From an uncultured Gammaproteobacteria bacterium (lineage in GTDB: Bacteria > Patescibacteriota > Patescibacteriia > Magasanikbacterales > GWA2-37-8), in contig CAYHHR010000003.1 in NCBI GenBank assembly GCA_964356495.1, positions 1 through 55,351 on the forward strand: a DNA stretch of 55,351 bases. The letters run 5' to 3'. A program made the position numbers and the translations under genes. The notes below the pieces were generated by a model. It was not told the DNA's origin, did not search any database, and saw only the letters and a program-made list of their open reading frames with translations. Shown piece by piece: positions 52,436 to 55,351 of this stretch (positions within the stretch are counted from its first letter, which is position 1; each line of letters begins with the position of its first letter).

Positions 52436-54421
52436 ATGCGCGATACATCATTTCTTCTTAACGATCAAAATCCTACCATTAAGCCCGGTGAGGATTTTTA
52501 TGAATTCGCTATCGGCGGCTGGTTGAAAAAAGTTTCTATTCCTGACGACTATAGTCGTTGGGGGTCGTTTGAAATTCTTATTGAGGAGAATTTTGTAAAA
52601 TTGAAAGAGATTTTAGAGAATCCGATGAAGGCTGCTGATCCCGAAGATTCGGAACTCGCAAAAAAAATCGCTACTTTCTATCGACAGGGGATGGATGAAA
52701 AGGCGATCGAGGAGCAAGGTCTCGCGTCACTCCAACCCTATCTTCAAAAAATCCGGAGCATGGCGTCGCAAAATGACTTCGTGGCGGTCGTTGCTGAGCT
52801 GAACAAAATTGGTGTTCATCCGTTATTTTCATTCATGTCAACTCCAGACGCCAGGAACAGCAAGTGGGTGATAGGCGGACTAGGTCAGGGCGGGCTGGGT
52901 TTATTTGAAAGAAATTATTATTTGGATAAAAAGAATGAGGAAATTTTAAATAAATATCGGCAACATATTGAGAAAATGTTCGGATTGATTGGCGAGCAGG
53001 ATCCCGCCGCCAAAGCGGGGATAGTTTTGAAAATAGAAACCGAACTCGCCAAATCCTCCCGATCCAAAGAGGATCTGCGTGATCCAATCAAAAATTACAA
53101 CAAAATGCAGCGCCGGCAATTGGTGGATTTGGCGCCGGAATTTCATTGGCAGAAATTTTTTCTTGAGGCGGGGGCTGAAAATTTGGTTGATATTGATGTC
53201 GGTCAGCCGGAATTTTTTGAGAGCCTAGCCGATCTTGTCGGCAGTATTTCGATGAGTGAGTGGCAATCATATTTTATCTGGCATATCCTCATTGGCACGG
53301 CTGATTTGCTACCCAAAAATTTAGTTGATGAGAAATTTGATTTCTATGGCCGGATTGTCAGCGGTCAGCCGAGGATAAAGGACAGGCTGAAGCGGGTGAT
53401 TATCATGATGAACTATCATATCGGCGAGGCGATTGGGAAGTTATTTGTTAAAAAATATTTTCCGCCGAACGCGAAGCAACGCGCGGAGGAATTAGTTCAA
53501 AATTTGATCGTAACGATGGGGGAGCGCATCGATAATTTGGCTTGGATGAGCGCAGCAACCAAAAAGGAAGCCCGGAAGAAACTGGCGGCAATTACCATCA
53601 AGATCGGCTATCCATCCAAATGGATCGACTATTCAAATTGGAAAACTGGCGCTAGCTACCTCGAAACGGCACTCCTCGCTCGACGGTTTGAATGGCAGAG
53701 AGAAATGGATAAAATAAATAAACCGGTCGACTGCACCGAGTGGCTAATGAGTCCGCAGACTGTGAACGCGTATTTCGAGCCGTTGAAAAATGAGATTGTT
53801 TTCCCGGCCGGTATTCTCCAGCCACCTTTCTTTTATGACGACGCGGATGACGCCTTGAATTATGGCGGCATCGGCACGGTTATCGGTCATGAAATTACCC
53901 ATGGCTTTGACGATCAGGGCCGTCAGTATGATGCCGAGGGAAATCTTCGTGATTGGTGGACTCTGGAAGACGGGGAACGTTTCAAAGTTTCGGCTGATAA
54001 CTTTGTGACTCAATATTCTAACATTGTCCCCCTCTTCCTTAAGAGGGGGGCGAGGGGGGAGTTGAAATTAAACGGTGAATTTACGCTTGGTGAAAATATC
54101 GCCGATCTCGGCGGACTTTGCGTCGCGTTCGCCGCTCTCAAAAAAGTGTCCGTCGTAAGTCCCCGCTTGGGCGGGGTAGGGGTGGGTTCGTTAGACGGTC
54201 TCACTCCTGAACAGCGGTTTTTTATTTCTTATGCGCAGACCGAGAAGTGCCATATTCGCGACGAACGTTTGAAAATGCAAATTCTGACTGACCCGCATTC
54301 GCCCAGCAAATATCGAGTAAATATTCCGCTTAGCAATATGGCCGAGTTCTTCGCCGCCTTCAAAATTAGTGAAAAAGAGCCGATGTTTCGTCCTTCGGAT
54401 AACCGTGTGGTGATTTGGTAA
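52436..54421 (+). CDS. pepO: M13 family metallopeptidase (PepO/neprilysin-like)
   Basis: 'VIGHEITHGFDD' (HExxH) and 'TLGENIADLGG' (ExxxD) motifs. Confidence 0.9.
   Translation: MRDTSFLLNDQNPTIKPGEDFYEFAIGGWLKKVSIPDDYSRWGSFEILIEENFVKLKEILENPMKAADPEDSELAKKIATFYRQGMDEKAIEEQGLASLQPYLQKIRSMASQNDFVAVVAELNKIGVHPLFSFMSTPDARNSKWVIGGLGQGGLGLFERNYYLDKKNEEILNKYRQHIEKMFGLIGEQDPAAKAGIVLKIETELAKSSRSKEDLRDPIKNYNKMQRRQLVDLAPEFHWQKFFLEAGAENLVDIDVGQPEFFESLADLVGSISMSEWQSYFIWHILIGTADLLPKNLVDEKFDFYGRIVSGQPRIKDRLKRVIIMMNYHIGEAIGKLFVKKYFPPNAKQRAEELVQNLIVTMGERIDNLAWMSAATKKEARKKLAAITIKIGYPSKWIDYSNWKTGASYLETALLARRFEWQREMDKINKPVDCTEWLMSPQTVNAYFEPLKNEIVFPAGILQPPFFYDDADDALNYGGIGTVIGHEITHGFDDQGRQYDAEGNLRDWWTLEDGERFKVSADNFVTQYSNIVPLFLKRGARGELKLNGEFTLGENIADLGGLCVAFAALKKVSVVSPRLGGVGVGSLDGLTPEQRFFISYAQTEKCHIRDERLKMQILTDPHSPSKYRVNIPLSNMAEFFAAFKISEKEPMFRPSDNRVVIW
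54028..54049 (+). repeat. GC-rich hairpin inserted in frame in the M13 peptidase CDS
   Basis: CCCCCTCTT-cctt-AAGAGGGGG. Encodes part of 'VPLFLKRGARGEL'. Confidence 0.7.
54161..54176 (+). repeat. Second GC-rich hairpin in frame in the M13 peptidase CDS (CCCCGC-ttgg-GCGGGG)
   Basis: Encodes part of 'SPRLGGVGVGS'. The same CCCCGC/GCGGGG hairpin type occurs at ~31479-31496 in an intergenic region. Confidence 0.7.
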
Positions 54422-54472
54422 ATTTATCCCCAGCTAAGTTTGCTTATTTAAGCCAAATATCGCCATTTAGCT

Positions 54473-55351
54473 ATGTCACACGGAAGTGATAATGTCACCT
54501 TCTGAAGGAAGTTAAAATGTCACCCCTATGGTAGAATGATGAGTTAAATATTAACTCATCACTACTATGGATAACGACAACTTCCTGCGTATGACAACTA
54601 AAGATCTTGAACGGCGAGACATTGTACAACGATTACTGCGTGGCGGGCTAACAATTGCTACCGCGGCATTACAACTGCGACTTTCGACCAGGCACTTGAA
54701 ACGATTGAAAGCCAAAGCTAAAAAGGGCGGCCTGCCGGCGTTACTTCACGGCAACCGTGGCAAGCCCAGCCCAAATCGTTTGTCAGACTCGGAGCGCGTC
54801 AAGATCGTGGCGCTCGTCAGCGAGAAATATCTGGATTTCACACCAACCTTCGCCGCCGAAAAACTCTCGGAAGTTCACAACATCACACATGATCCAAAAA
54901 CTATTCAAGCTGTACTGATCAATTCTGGTGTTTGGACAAAACCCGTAAAACGAAAAAAAGAACAACACCGAAGCTGGCGCGAACGCCGTCCAGCCTACGG
55001 CGACCTCGTCCAGTTTGATGGCTCATACGAACATTGGTTCGAGGATCGGGATGGCACCGGCGAAGCTTGTCTGCTCGCCGCCATTGATGATTCCACCGGC
55101 CGGATAGTCCAGGCGACGTTTGATTATGACGAAGGGCTCTCGCCGGTCTGTGGTTTCTGGGAAGCCTATCTCGTTAAAAATGGCAAACCTTTGGCTATAT
55201 ACCTCGATAAATTCAGCACCTATCGAATGAACCTTCCGACGGCCAAAGAGAACGCCGACACGCTTACCCAATTCCAGCGAGCGATGCAGGAGGATCTCCA
55301 TATCGAAGTAATCCACGCCCACAGTCCACAGGCCAAAGGACGAGTGGAACG
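54473..55351 (+). mobile_element. 5' part of an insertion sequence: subterminal ATGTCAC repeats, a palindrome, and an rve/DDE transposase gene (CDS 54567->55351, runs off the window)
   Basis: Hand translation from 54567: MDNDNFLRMTTKDLERRDIVQRLLRGGLTIATAALQLRLSTRHLKRLKAKAKKGG... (HTH), then ...DLVQFDGSYEHWFEDR...AIYLDKFSTY...HSPQAKGRVER (integrase-core DD..; ISNCY/IS481-like). It is absent from the ORF track because there is no stop in the window. ATGTCAC occurs at 54473, 54492 and 54517. A 10-3-10 palindrome lies at 54538-54560. Confidence 0.75.

Overview
This 55.35-kb window looks like it comes from a small-genome, uncultivated bacterium, possibly Patescibacteria/CPR-like. That placement is inference from gene content, tight gene packing and tRNA genes without encoded CCA. 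All calls come from by-eye reading of motifs in the supplied ORF translations and of the DNA. No database or HMM search was run, so family names are hypotheses of varying strength.

Layout:
- (a) 1-11.4 kb, envelope and housekeeping: a 5'-truncated LPNTG surface protein plus sortase, a large membrane protein, a wHTH regulator, a TsaB-like protein, a GT2, mreB, a GT4, holB, a BNR lipoprotein and frr.
- (b) 11.4-13.8 kb, a sharply GC-richer insert with its own consensus promoters and terminators. It encodes a small membrane protein, then a chymotrypsin-fold lipoprotein with Cys at the nucleophile position and an internal G10 tract, then a 12-Cys lipoprotein.
- (c) 13.9-20.0 kb, housekeeping: glyQS, an M16 peptidase, tpiA, a TPR protein, tRNA-Tyr/Thr/Thr, rpmG (missed by the ORF track), a DUF1189-like protein and tRNA-Trp.
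- (d) 20.1-34.0 kb, mostly AT-richer accessory DNA after tRNA-Trp. It holds an operon of Maf, a guanylate-kinase/PhnN-like kinase, a group II PLP decarboxylase, a GHMP-fold protein and a Nudix hydrolase. It also holds a DinD-like gene plus an EEP nuclease, a secreted Ig-like protein, tspO, arfB and a 0.8-kb structured non-coding gap with a MITE-like element. Further on are a DpnII/MboI-type R-M operon with an embedded orphan ORF, HAD and TPR genes, and a LexA-like S24 protein whose 3' end overlaps a MazF toxin gene.
- (e) 34.0-36.6 kb: recQ and small ORFs.
- (f) 36.6-50.6 kb, a composite copper/silver island: two paralogous 2-TM Cys-pair proteins, an HMA-permease-cupredoxin fusion, copZ, copA, YibE/F, an MFP plus HME-RND pump without an outer-membrane factor, a Met-rich protein and a CPH-type copB. 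No recognisable metalloregulator is present.
- (g) 50.6-55.35 kb: a DEAD-box helicase, an M13 peptidase carrying in-frame GC-hairpin insertions, and the 5' part of an rve/DDE transposase cut by the window edge.

I rank three candidates for something undescribed highest: the LexA-like/MazF pair, the archaeal-flavoured decarboxylase/GHMP/kinase operon, and the GC-rich lipoprotein cassette with its Cys-nucleophile protease. No CRISPR array, rRNA or prophage structural genes were seen.
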